Below, in pieces: positions 28,458 through 36,245 of a DNA stretch of 64,000 bases. The DNA comes from an uncultured Candidatus Micrarchaeota archaeon (GTDB lineage Archaea > Micrarchaeota > Micrarchaeia > Micrarchaeales > CABMGC01), in NCBI GenBank assembly GCA_963833485.1, contig CAWHXT010000005.1:347545-411544 (forward strand), given 5' to 3'. Position 1 is the first letter of the stretch, and every line of letters starts with the position of its first letter. The notes beneath the pieces were generated by a model. That model made no database searches, was not told the origin of the DNA, and saw only the letters and a list, made by a program, of their open reading frames with translations. Position numbers and translations under genes: made by a program.

Positions 28458-29666
28458 ATGGTTTTTGAATCTGGAAGCGAGGAGATAATGATTGATACAG
28501 CACATGACACGCTTAACACCCTTTTTGATAAGAAACTTGCATCTTTAGATTCAAAAGTATCAAACATAATGAACGAATTGGACAGGGCCAGAGCGCAGTT
28601 CATCGAGGCGTGCGACAACTTCGAGGAGTTGGAGGATGAGCCTAACACCGAAGATATATGGAATCCTAATATAAACTTCATAAAAAGTCAGAAGAACCTG
28701 TATGCAAAGGCGCTTAAGAAAGTCGTAGAACAGTCAATTTTGAAAGTAGATAACGCACCAAACATCCACAGCAAATATACACGGATTCTATCAAACTTAG
28801 AAAACACAAATAACGAGATACTTAAAACCAACGCTCGTTTCAAGATTGTTATGAGTTGCTATTCGAATCACCTTAGAGATTTCAAGAGAAGCATGTCTAA
28901 TATCGAAAGGCTCACCGCTTCAATCGAAAACGAGATTAATAGAAGGGAAAGAGAGCTGCTAGAATACAATGTTCTCAGGGAACAGATATCTAATCTGAGC
29001 ATTCAGACGAAGAAGCTGGAAGCCCTGGGAAACAGAATTACGCTGTTAAGAAATCAGCATCAGAACTATTCTTCTCCAATAGAAAATGAGGAGAAAGAGG
29101 TTATCACAAAGCTCGAAAGTAGGAAAGCAGAGCAGATGGAAATACATAAGGAGGTTTTAAGACTGCAAGAGAAGATAGCCTTCTTAACAATGCCGTTGGA
29201 GCGGGCTTCAAAGAAATTTGACCATATCTCTGCAAAGAAGCGGCAGTTGTACAGTTTTATCAGTGATCCGATAAACACAATAGACAGTGAATCTGCGTAC
29301 TCTGAATTCAAAGATATGATAAAGGAACTAAAAGAGAACATTAATTTAGGTAAGATTGACGTAAAGAATACAGCAAAAGTAAATGAAATTGCCTCAAGCC
29401 TGCTTACTGCAGATATCTACTCATTAATTCATTCATTCAAAACAGCACAAAGCAAGAAACAAGAGATAGAGAATGAAGTAAGAGCATTAGAAAGGAGATC
29501 GGATGATATAAAAAATAGGAAAATGAATGCAGAAAATGCTGTGCATAGCGCAGAGACGATGGAAAAAGAAGAAAATGAACTTAAAACTTCGATAAAGTCC
29601 ATAAAAAATGATGTTGAGAAACTTTTCCTAGATTCTTACAACAAAAGGATATCGATAATATTATGA
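28458..29666 (+). CDS. Long coiled-coil protein, function unknown
   Basis: 402 aa with heptad-like E/K/L/N-rich composition throughout. Confidence 0.55.
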   Translation: MVFESGSEEIMIDTAHDTLNTLFDKKLASLDSKVSNIMNELDRARAQFIEACDNFEELEDEPNTEDIWNPNINFIKSQKNLYAKALKKVVEQSILKVDNAPNIHSKYTRILSNLENTNNEILKTNARFKIVMSCYSNHLRDFKRSMSNIERLTASIENEINRRERELLEYNVLREQISNLSIQTKKLEALGNRITLLRNQHQNYSSPIENEEKEVITKLESRKAEQMEIHKEVLRLQEKIAFLTMPLERASKKFDHISAKKRQLYSFISDPINTIDSESAYSEFKDMIKELKENINLGKIDVKNTAKVNEIASSLLTADIYSLIHSFKTAQSKKQEIENEVRALERRSDDIKNRKMNAENAVHSAETMEKEENELKTSIKSIKNDVEKLFLDSYNKRISIIL

Positions 29667-29676
29667 TTATTTAAGG

Positions 29677-29790
29677 TGGGCCCGAAGAGATTTGAACTCT
29701 TGGCCTCCCGATTATCAGTCGGGCGCTCCAACCAGGCTTTTAGCCTAATACAATAATAGCTAAATTACTGTATAAGAAAGCTACGGGCCC
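29677..29790 (-). tRNA. tRNA-Ile (anticodon GAU) with a ~39-nt intron in the D-arm (about 29739..29777)
   Basis: The reverse strand reads GGGCCCGTAGCTT[tcttatacagtaatttagctattattgtattaggctaaa]AGCCTGGTTGGAGCGCCCGACTGATAATCGGGAGGCCAAGAGTTCAAATCTCTTCGGGCCCA. Everything from the D-loop onward is a canonical tRNA-Ile. The exact intron borders are ambiguous by 1-3 nt. Confidence 0.8.
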
Positions 29791-29804
29791 ACTATCTTAT
29801 TTGT

Positions 29805-30800
29805 TTATTTCTTAGATTTAAATCTCTTCTCTTCTGCTGCGATTATCTTCCCAAAATGCTTGAAGTCATCATCAAGCAGCTTTGCCGCAGTCTTGCTAGA
29901 TCTAAGCGCCATCGCGGGATGAAGAGTTATCATGTAATCTATACCGTCCTTCTTGACAACTTTGCCGTGTTCCTCAGTTACTTTTCCATTTCCAAGCAAA
30001 GTTTCGCAAGCTATGTTCCCTAAAAGTATTATGCGCTTCGGTTTTATCAGTTCTATCTGCCTTAGCAGAAATCCCTTGCAGAGCACTATCTCCTCTTTGG
30101 TTGGCGCCCTGTTTTCAGGAGGGAAAAACTGCACCACGCTGGTTATGTAAACCTTGTCGCGCTTTATCTTCGCTTTCTTAAGGTACTCATTCAGCGCTTC
30201 TCCACTTCTTCCCACAAAAGGTTTGCCCTGAATGTCTTCGTTTCTACCAGGTGCCTGCCCTATAATCATCGTTTCGGCGTTCAGAGGTCCGTGTCCTGGC
30301 ACGAATCTCTTGCTAAGATTCCAATTTTTCGTTTTGGTAGGTAAATCTTGGTATTCTTTGTTGACATCCTTTATGAGCTCATATCTCTCTATATAATCGT
30401 ATATTCTTGGTATCCTTTCTTTCATGTCCTTAAACTTCATCTCTCTAATCGCTTCCTCTTTGTCAAGCCAACTGTACGCTTTATGTTCCTTTGATATTTC
30501 CACTTTTTCATTTGTGATGTTGGCAATGAAAAAATAAACTTTCTTCATTATTCTATCTCCATCTTCCACGAAGAAGTATTGGGTACTTTCTCTGAAATAC
30601 GGGAGAAAAGTCACCGTCAGCCCCGCCTCCTCCTTAATCTCTCTAGTCGCGGCCTCTTCAACAGTTTCCCCTTTTTCAATATGCCCCTTCGGAACATCCA
30701 TATTATTTCTGCTACTCCTCAAGAAAAGCAAGAACACCTTACCTTCTATTATCTTATAGATGAAAGCTCCTGCAGAGTATTCAAAGAGCATCTTTTTCAT
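29805..30800 (-). CDS. Fusion protein: N-terminal Nudix hydrolase + C-terminal uracil-DNA glycosylase superfamily (family 4/5-like) domain
   Basis: The Nudix box is GHIEKGETVEEAATREIKEEAGL. The UDG motifs are GQAPGRNEDIQGKPFVGRSG and TLHPAMALR. The N-terminal Cys pair of Fe-S family-4 UDGs is not evident. Confidence 0.75.
   Translation of the reverse strand: MKKMLFEYSAGAFIYKIIEGKVFLLFLRSSRNNMDVPKGHIEKGETVEEAATREIKEEAGLTVTFLPYFRESTQYFFVEDGDRIMKKVYFFIANITNEKVEISKEHKAYSWLDKEEAIREMKFKDMKERIPRIYDYIERYELIKDVNKEYQDLPTKTKNWNLSKRFVPGHGPLNAETMIIGQAPGRNEDIQGKPFVGRSGEALNEYLKKAKIKRDKVYITSVVQFFPPENRAPTKEEIVLCKGFLLRQIELIKPKRIILLGNIACETLLGNGKVTEEHGKVVKKDGIDYMITLHPAMALRSSKTAAKLLDDDFKHFGKIIAAEEKRFKSKK
29816..29823 (-). 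promoter_or_regulatory. TATA-like box (atttaaat) about 26 nt upstream of tRNA-Ile, inside the last codons of the upstream gene
   Basis: Based on sequence and spacing. Confidence 0.4.
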
Positions 30801-30804
30801 CTTA

Positions 30805-32331
30805 TCACAAGAAGCCTTTTGAGAAACAATATGCCTGAAGGATCTGTGGCATTGCAGAGCTGTTTACTCTATCTTGGTTGAATATACTGTAAACTTCACT
30901 GTAGAACACGTTGGCTCCGCTGCTGCAGCCGCTTCCACTTAAGCTTCCGCTCTTCATTATGATGTAGAAATCGATTACCGTAAAGTAGTTACTTTTCACT
31001 TCCGGTATGCGCTTGTTCACTATTAAGAACTGCACTCCGTTAGAAATCGTGTCATACACTGTTGTTGCTACACTTCCGTTTGATACGAACGTGTAGCTTC
31101 CCAGAATGGTGCTGTTACTGATAATGTTTTTCTTTATCTCTGGATTTGGAGCTGTGAGGTAGACGATTATTCCACTGCTTTTTGCCAGCGTGCTGTTTGT
31201 CAGCAGAATGGATGCACTGCCACCATTGTTGTACACTAATGATGTCGCATTCCACTTCCAAGTATTCATCACGTTTCCTACAAATCCACTCATGTTCTGG
31301 TTTATCGCATTGAATGGCACCGCGCCCTTTAGTATGGTCGGAGATATGTTTTGTGAATTTGGATAATTCAAAGTGATCAAAAAGTACACAATTGCAAGCA
31401 CTAGCACTATTGCATGATTGAGCTGCAACTTTCCTTTATTCTTGTACTGTTTTTTCTTTCCCTTCGTCCATTTCGGGAAGGAGAGCCCACATCTTGTGGC
31501 GCCTAAAATCGCTATGATTATCGTAGCATAAAATATCAGTATTCCGACAAACGTGTGGATGTAAGCGACCGTGGCATTCGGACCATAAAGAAGCCAGATT
31601 CCTGCCACGCTTGCCATCCTAAGAAAGTTAAGTAGAAGCAACAGGACGAAAGCGGCCACGATCCAGTATAGCTTATGCTTAATTTTGCCATTCAGGTAAT
31701 AGGCTACTGGCATGAGAAACAGAACTAGTGCAATGAAGACCGCCACCCCAGCACATGCGGTTCCAATACCAATAGTATATGCGCCAGCACTGATGGAAAT
31801 TGGCGGTGTATATTTTATGGCGCTAGAGAATAGATGAAGTATGTTGTACACTAGAACAGAGTTTAGCACAGCAAAACCAGAGTTTGTCAGCAGTGCAAAA
31901 CCCAACACTATCGGAGAAGCAAGAATAGGGTACACAAGCAGCATTTTGAAGCTTTTGATGTTCTTTGATCCAAAAGTTAAGAGCAGCAAAGAAGATATTG
32001 CAAGTGGCAATACCAACATATCAAGCCTGTAGCTAAGGAACTCGAAAGAGAATGCAAACTCCAGATAAAGAATCAGTATGAGAAAGATCACAAATAGAAT
32101 GATCCCCAATACCATATCATTTTTTTCCACTTTTGGCTCTATCTTGTTCTTGAAGCTGAAGAGGGCTAGGAAGGGGAGCATGATCACAGGGACAATGACA
32201 TAAGTTGCTGGGTCCGCGTCATTTATGCTCTGATTCGTAGCAAGGAATGGATTTATGAGCATGATTACTATCGCGATGAAAAAAATTACTTTACCAATAT
32301 CAAAATTGATTTTAAGAGGCATCCGAAACAC
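30805..32331 (-). CDS. Archaeosortase/exosortase-family transpeptidase with an extra C-terminal TM + extracellular (EpsI-like?) domain
   Basis: The polytopic N-terminal half carries an ordered Cys-Arg-His set: GTACAGVAV, LNFLRMASV and YIHTFVGILIFY. After another TM helix (AIVLVLAIVYFLITL) comes a ~190-aa Asn/Ser-rich domain. Confidence 0.6.
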   Translation of the reverse strand: MFRMPLKINFDIGKVIFFIAIVIMLINPFLATNQSINDADPATYVIVPVIMLPFLALFSFKNKIEPKVEKNDMVLGIILFVIFLILILYLEFAFSFEFLSYRLDMLVLPLAISSLLLLTFGSKNIKSFKMLLVYPILASPIVLGFALLTNSGFAVLNSVLVYNILHLFSSAIKYTPPISISAGAYTIGIGTACAGVAVFIALVLFLMPVAYYLNGKIKHKLYWIVAAFVLLLLLNFLRMASVAGIWLLYGPNATVAYIHTFVGILIFYATIIIAILGATRCGLSFPKWTKGKKKQYKNKGKLQLNHAIVLVLAIVYFLITLNYPNSQNISPTILKGAVPFNAINQNMSGFVGNVMNTWKWNATSLVYNNGGSASILLTNSTLAKSSGIIVYLTAPNPEIKKNIISNSTILGSYTFVSNGSVATTVYDTISNGVQFLIVNKRIPEVKSNYFTVIDFYIIMKSGSLSGSGCSSGANVFYSEVYSIFNQDRVNSSAMPQILQAYCFSKGFL

Positions 32332-32447
32332 ATTTGCCCTCAGTCGAAATGATCAACATCATACGTTCACATCAGCAGTTACTCTCATCTTCATAGGACG
32401 GATAACTAAAGAAGTTGATATATATAAATTTACCTTCTTATCGAATC

Positions 32448-32888
32448 ATGAAAGCACCGAATTTTAGATATATTCCAGACGTTGCCGATGTCTCTTTTGT
32501 AGCTTATGGGACCAACCTGAAAGAAACGGTAGAGAGTTCGGCTCTTGCGATGCTTAACGTGATGTTTGACATAAAAAGAATCAAAAAAGAGAAAGGCAAA
32601 GTGAGAAGCTTAAGGATAGTAGAAAAAGCATCAACAAATGAGGAGCTAATCTGGTTTACCCTCCAAAAGATCGTATCGAAGGTAGACGAAAAGGGGATCA
32701 ACGCGTTCAAGTTCAAGGTGAACCACCTCTCTGAAAGAGGCGGAAAGAAGGTACTGCACGGATGCATCTTCTATAAGGACACCAAGAAATACCTTGCGCT
32801 TTTGGACGTCAAGGCAGTAACCCCTCATGGATTAGAAGTTAACCAAACCTCCAAAAAATGGAGCGCAAAGGTGATTGTGGATGTATAA
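32448..32888 (+). CDS. Archease (RtcB activator/chaperone)
   Basis: FRYIPDVADVSFVAYGTNLKETVESSALAMLNVM... and the C-terminal VKAVTPHGLEV fit the archease pattern. The start is set at MKAPNF. Confidence 0.8.
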   Translation: MKAPNFRYIPDVADVSFVAYGTNLKETVESSALAMLNVMFDIKRIKKEKGKVRSLRIVEKASTNEELIWFTLQKIVSKVDEKGINAFKFKVNHLSERGGKKVLHGCIFYKDTKKYLALLDVKAVTPHGLEVNQTSKKWSAKVIVDV

Positions 32889-32897
32889 TGTTTTTAA

Positions 32898-34424
32898 TCA
32901 GCTGCTTAGCTTGTAGAGTATAGCGCTTCCGTTAATCGCATAGATTTTATAAGTATTCCCATCCACGTAATGGGCAATATATCCCTCCTCAAAGCTCGTA
33001 CCACCTATATTCAAGGTTATGTTATAAGCGAAATCGATCAATACGTATTCAGGTTTGAAATAGTAATATTCAGGATCAGGCGCCTCTAGGTATTTTCTAT
33101 TTGCGAAGTAGGGTATGAGGTTGTATTGGGTCATAAGCGAGGCATTTGCCGGCACCTGTGATATCACCGAATATAATTGCGCATAGCTGCTTCGCAGCCC
33201 TGGATTTGTCTGGAATAGGAATTGTTGATTATAATTGTTTACTATTGTAGAATGCAGGAAGTTAGGATAGAATAAGACTATGCAAAGAATCAAAAGGAAT
33301 GAGAAAAACATCAAACTGATTAAAATTTCTGTATACCTCTTGAACTTCGACTTTTCTTCAATTGCAACCTTAATTCCAAGTATTGTTGCTACGATCGTTC
33401 CGCTAAGCACAAAGGTGAAATGCGCTGACCAGAGAGCAGTGAAGAACTCTGTAGGGCTTGAAAATATCCCAAAAAGCCATGGAGCAGCAAAGATAAGCTC
33501 TGTCAATGGCGTAGCTATTACAAACAGCCCGAAGCCGAACAGCCCTACTACCAGACTATATAAAAAGTGAGGGTTTAAATAGCTGAATTGTCCAGGAACT
33601 GCACTATAATTGAGAAGTTGCTGGTTAATTGAACGAGTTATTGGAACCAATGGATATGGCGAGTCCTTTATGAACTGCGGGACTCCCAGATATGCATGCT
33701 GGTAACTATAACTCAAGTTGTAAAATATCAAGTTGTAGATGAGCAGCGCAGCGAGTGTGGCTAAAATCATCACCAAAGACAAATTTATCCTCTCTCTCCG
33801 CAGTTCCTTGTCTTTAACGTGTGCTACGTTGTAAACAATTAGGCCTAAGGCAAGCGGGATTGCGAACAGTACCGATTCCTCCATGACTCCGAGAAAGAGG
33901 AGCAGAGATACAGCAAACTTCTTCTTATCAAGCTTCATATAGTAGTAAAAAGTGAGCAGGTAGAATGGCATGAACAGTATCTCAACCCTGTAATCTGCAA
34001 TTATGATTCCGATTACGCCTGGGTTCACAAAGTAAAAGAGCATCAATGCAAACGCAATGTATTCGTTCTTTAGTAGGTCTCTTGATATGAAATAAAGCAT
34101 CAGACCCGTAATCACCACTACGAACACCTTGATCAAAAGAAGCATCACCACAGATTGCCAGATAGCAAAGATTGGAAGCAGGAGCAGCTGGTCAGGAGCT
34201 ATGTGGTTGTTCAGCGAAAGATACTGCAGGATCGGTAATGCGCCTGAATAGTGTATCTTGTAATACATAGAAAAGGTCGCCACACCACTGTCAGACCAAA
34301 GGTGGAAGGTGTTGTACTCGTTCAGCTCGAAGATGGCCCAATACGCAAGCGCAATTACAGTAATGATGATGGCAGCTATAGTTATAACACTTAGTTTCTT
34401 GTCAACTTTTCTTGCTTTCCACAT
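32898..34424 (-). CDS. Large polytopic membrane protein (GT-C/DUF2079-like candidate)
   Basis: More than 12 TM helices. The start is moved to MWKARKV (34424), because the ORF-track N-terminus overlaps tRNA-Cys. Confidence 0.55.
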   Translation of the reverse strand: MWKARKVDKKLSVITIAAIIITVIALAYWAIFELNEYNTFHLWSDSGVATFSMYYKIHYSGALPILQYLSLNNHIAPDQLLLLPIFAIWQSVVMLLLIKVFVVVITGLMLYFISRDLLKNEYIAFALMLFYFVNPGVIGIIIADYRVEILFMPFYLLTFYYYMKLDKKKFAVSLLLFLGVMEESVLFAIPLALGLIVYNVAHVKDKELRRERINLSLVMILATLAALLIYNLIFYNLSYSYQHAYLGVPQFIKDSPYPLVPITRSINQQLLNYSAVPGQFSYLNPHFLYSLVVGLFGFGLFVIATPLTELIFAAPWLFGIFSSPTEFFTALWSAHFTFVLSGTIVATILGIKVAIEEKSKFKRYTEILISLMFFSFLLILCIVLFYPNFLHSTIVNNYNQQFLFQTNPGLRSSYAQLYSVISQVPANASLMTQYNLIPYFANRKYLEAPDPEYYYFKPEYVLIDFAYNITLNIGGTSFEEGYIAHYVDGNTYKIYAINGSAILYKLSS

Positions 34425-34446
34425 TTGTGCCAAGTAATCAGCTAAA

Positions 34447-34517
34447 AGCCAGGAGAGGGAGTCGAACCCCCCTTTTCCGCTCTGCAGGCGGACGCATAGC
34501 CCCTCTGCCATCCTGGC
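34447..34517 (-). tRNA. tRNA-Cys (anticodon GCA)
   Basis: Hand fold: acceptor GCCAGGA/TCCTGGC, anticodon stem TCCGC/GCGGA with loop CTGCAGA, T-arm GGGGG-TTCGACT-CCCTC, and discriminator U. Total 71 nt. Confidence 0.85.
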
Positions 34518-34546
34518 TTGTCAATACTTTTTTGGCTTGTTTAAGA

Positions 34547-34554
34547 TATATAAA
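34547..34554 (-). promoter_or_regulatory. TATA-like box (tttatata on the reverse strand) about 30 nt upstream of tRNA-Cys; the same AT block may serve the divergent + strand operon
   Basis: Based on sequence and spacing. A second box, ttttatat (34567..34574), lies 22-30 nt upstream of the CBS gene start. Confidence 0.4.
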
Positions 34555-34595
34555 TATGTTTAGTGTTTTATATCTCAAAAGCGACACTGCTTTGA

Positions 34596-35771
34596 GTGAC
34601 CATAATGCAACGCGTTTTTGAGAACTTACCAAAGGAATTCGTCTCAGCTGTAGCGACTTATGACTACAAGACCCCAATAGTCGAAGTGCTTAGTAAGATA
34701 AACAGCGCCGGCTCTGTTGTAGTGCTTAAGAACAAGGAATATTATGGCATGGTAGATGCGAAGACCATAGCAAGCATGGGCACGATGAAGATGGATGATA
34801 AATTTCCTCTTGGGAAATTCGCGAAGAGGGTTCCGCTGGTTGACAACGCAACATCAATTGAGAAATCCATTCTATACATATTCCATTCCGCAACAAAAGC
34901 CCTTCCATATTCTGATGGGGGAAAGGTGAAAGGGATCGTAAAGAGAGAGACCCTGCTCAAGGCCATTCTTTCCCTTCATCTGCTCTCTAACTATGTAGTA
35001 GGGGATGCAATGTCGTCTCCAGTGATAGCGATAGACTCTGCTTCATCAGTGGCACAGGCGAAGGCGTCGATGGAGAACTACAAAGTTAGCAAGATAGTGG
35101 TATTAGACAAAGGAAGGATATTCGGGATATTGGCTTACAATGACGTGATAAATTATTTTGCAAAAACAAGCGGAAGGCTTGATGCGAAGAAGACCGATAA
35201 CATATCCAAAGCGAAGAACAGCATGGGAAACACTCTGGTTGAGGACATATGCAATAGACAGGTTTACAGCATAGACCAGAACAAACCTATCGAAGTCGGG
35301 ATAAGAAGCCTGATTGAACAGAATATTTCCTCTCTTCTTGTTACAAAGGCCGGAAAGCCGGTCGGGATAATCACAATAAGAGACGTTTTTGAGAGAGTTG
35401 CTGCGCGTACTGAAGAAGTAACTGAAAACATACTGATATCGGGACTCGATGAAAACTCAAAGGAATACGAGGAGGACATAAGGGCCGAGCTCCAGAAACT
35501 TGCGGGCAGGATAGATAAGTTCGGCAAGTTCAAGGTCGATTATATATCTCTTCACATAAAGCGTGCGAACGAGAAGAACTACGAGGTGTACGCAAGGATA
35601 ATCATGACCAAATCCGGCGCAATAGCAGCATCGGCTTTCGGATACACAATTGAAAGTGCCATAAAGAGGCTTTCTGAAAATCTATACAAGTCTATTAGAG
35701 TGAAAAAGGAGCTAATTCTAACAAACAGGAGAGAAGAGGGGAAAGAGACCAGGGAAGAGTATGAACAATGA
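34596..35771 (+). CDS. CBS-domain protein (two CBS pairs) with a C-terminal domain resembling HPF/RaiA (ribosomal S30AE) ribosome-hibernation factors
   Basis: Repeated CBS patterns (VGDAMSSPVIAID...KVSKIVVLD; VEDICNRQVYSID...ISSLLVT..GKPVGIITIRDV). The tail ILISGLDENSKEYEEDIRAELQKLAGRIDKFG...YISLHIK...YEVYARII...AASAFGYTIESAIKRLSENLYKSI follows the HPF beta-alpha-beta pattern. The tail assignment is pattern-only. Confidence 0.65.
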   Translation: MTIMQRVFENLPKEFVSAVATYDYKTPIVEVLSKINSAGSVVVLKNKEYYGMVDAKTIASMGTMKMDDKFPLGKFAKRVPLVDNATSIEKSILYIFHSATKALPYSDGGKVKGIVKRETLLKAILSLHLLSNYVVGDAMSSPVIAIDSASSVAQAKASMENYKVSKIVVLDKGRIFGILAYNDVINYFAKTSGRLDAKKTDNISKAKNSMGNTLVEDICNRQVYSIDQNKPIEVGIRSLIEQNISSLLVTKAGKPVGIITIRDVFERVAARTEEVTENILISGLDENSKEYEEDIRAELQKLAGRIDKFGKFKVDYISLHIKRANEKNYEVYARIIMTKSGAIAASAFGYTIESAIKRLSENLYKSIRVKKELILTNRREEGKETREEYEQ

Positions 35772-36237
35772 ATCTAAAAAAACAAGGCTGCAGTCGAGCT
35801 TCGAGCTTCTGGTAACGCTCTCCTTCGGCCTCGCCATACTACTGCCAGTGGTGGCTTTCGCTTTCCTCCAAATCGCAAACGCTAATTCCTCCTTATCGGC
35901 AATCGCCGCACAGCAAGCAGCTTCGAAGATAGCAAGCACCGCCACGATAGTTGGCAGTGAAGGATCTCCTGCAAAGCAGATCATACAAGTGGCCATGCCT
36001 CCAGGGGTGCAATACATATATATCGGCACGCTCAACAACGGAATCGGACACGAGATTATATTTGTGGTGAGATCTTCTACAGGTTATAGCTATGTGACCG
36101 CATACACTCCGCAGAACGTAACAGGCAGCTTAGGGAGTATAACTTCTTCAGGCACTTACCTTGTAAACGTGTCCGCGCAGTCTCAATGCCCACTCTTGCA
36201 GCCAGTGCCATGCGTGTACGTCTCCCCAATAGTGTGA
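35761..36237 (+). CDS. Small type IV pilin-like protein with a class-III signal peptide (DUF361-like QxSxE motif)
   Basis: MNNESKKTRLQSSFELLVTLSFGLAILLPVVAFAFL has a basic N-terminus, Q-S-S-F-E (Glu at +5) and a hydrophobic helix. It overlaps the CBS gene end by 11 nt. Confidence 0.65.
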   Translation: MNNESKKTRLQSSFELLVTLSFGLAILLPVVAFAFLQIANANSSLSAIAAQQAASKIASTATIVGSEGSPAKQIIQVAMPPGVQYIYIGTLNNGIGHEIIFVVRSSTGYSYVTAYTPQNVTGSLGSITSSGTYLVNVSAQSQCPLLQPVPCVYVSPIV

Positions 36238-36245
36238 TTCATATC

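Noticed and set aside
34425-34677. The N-terminal 29 codons of ORF 32898..34511, plus ORFs 34412..34621 and 34438..34677.
   Set aside because: They overlap tRNA-Cys (34447..34517) and its promoter. The membrane protein has a good internal start at 34424.
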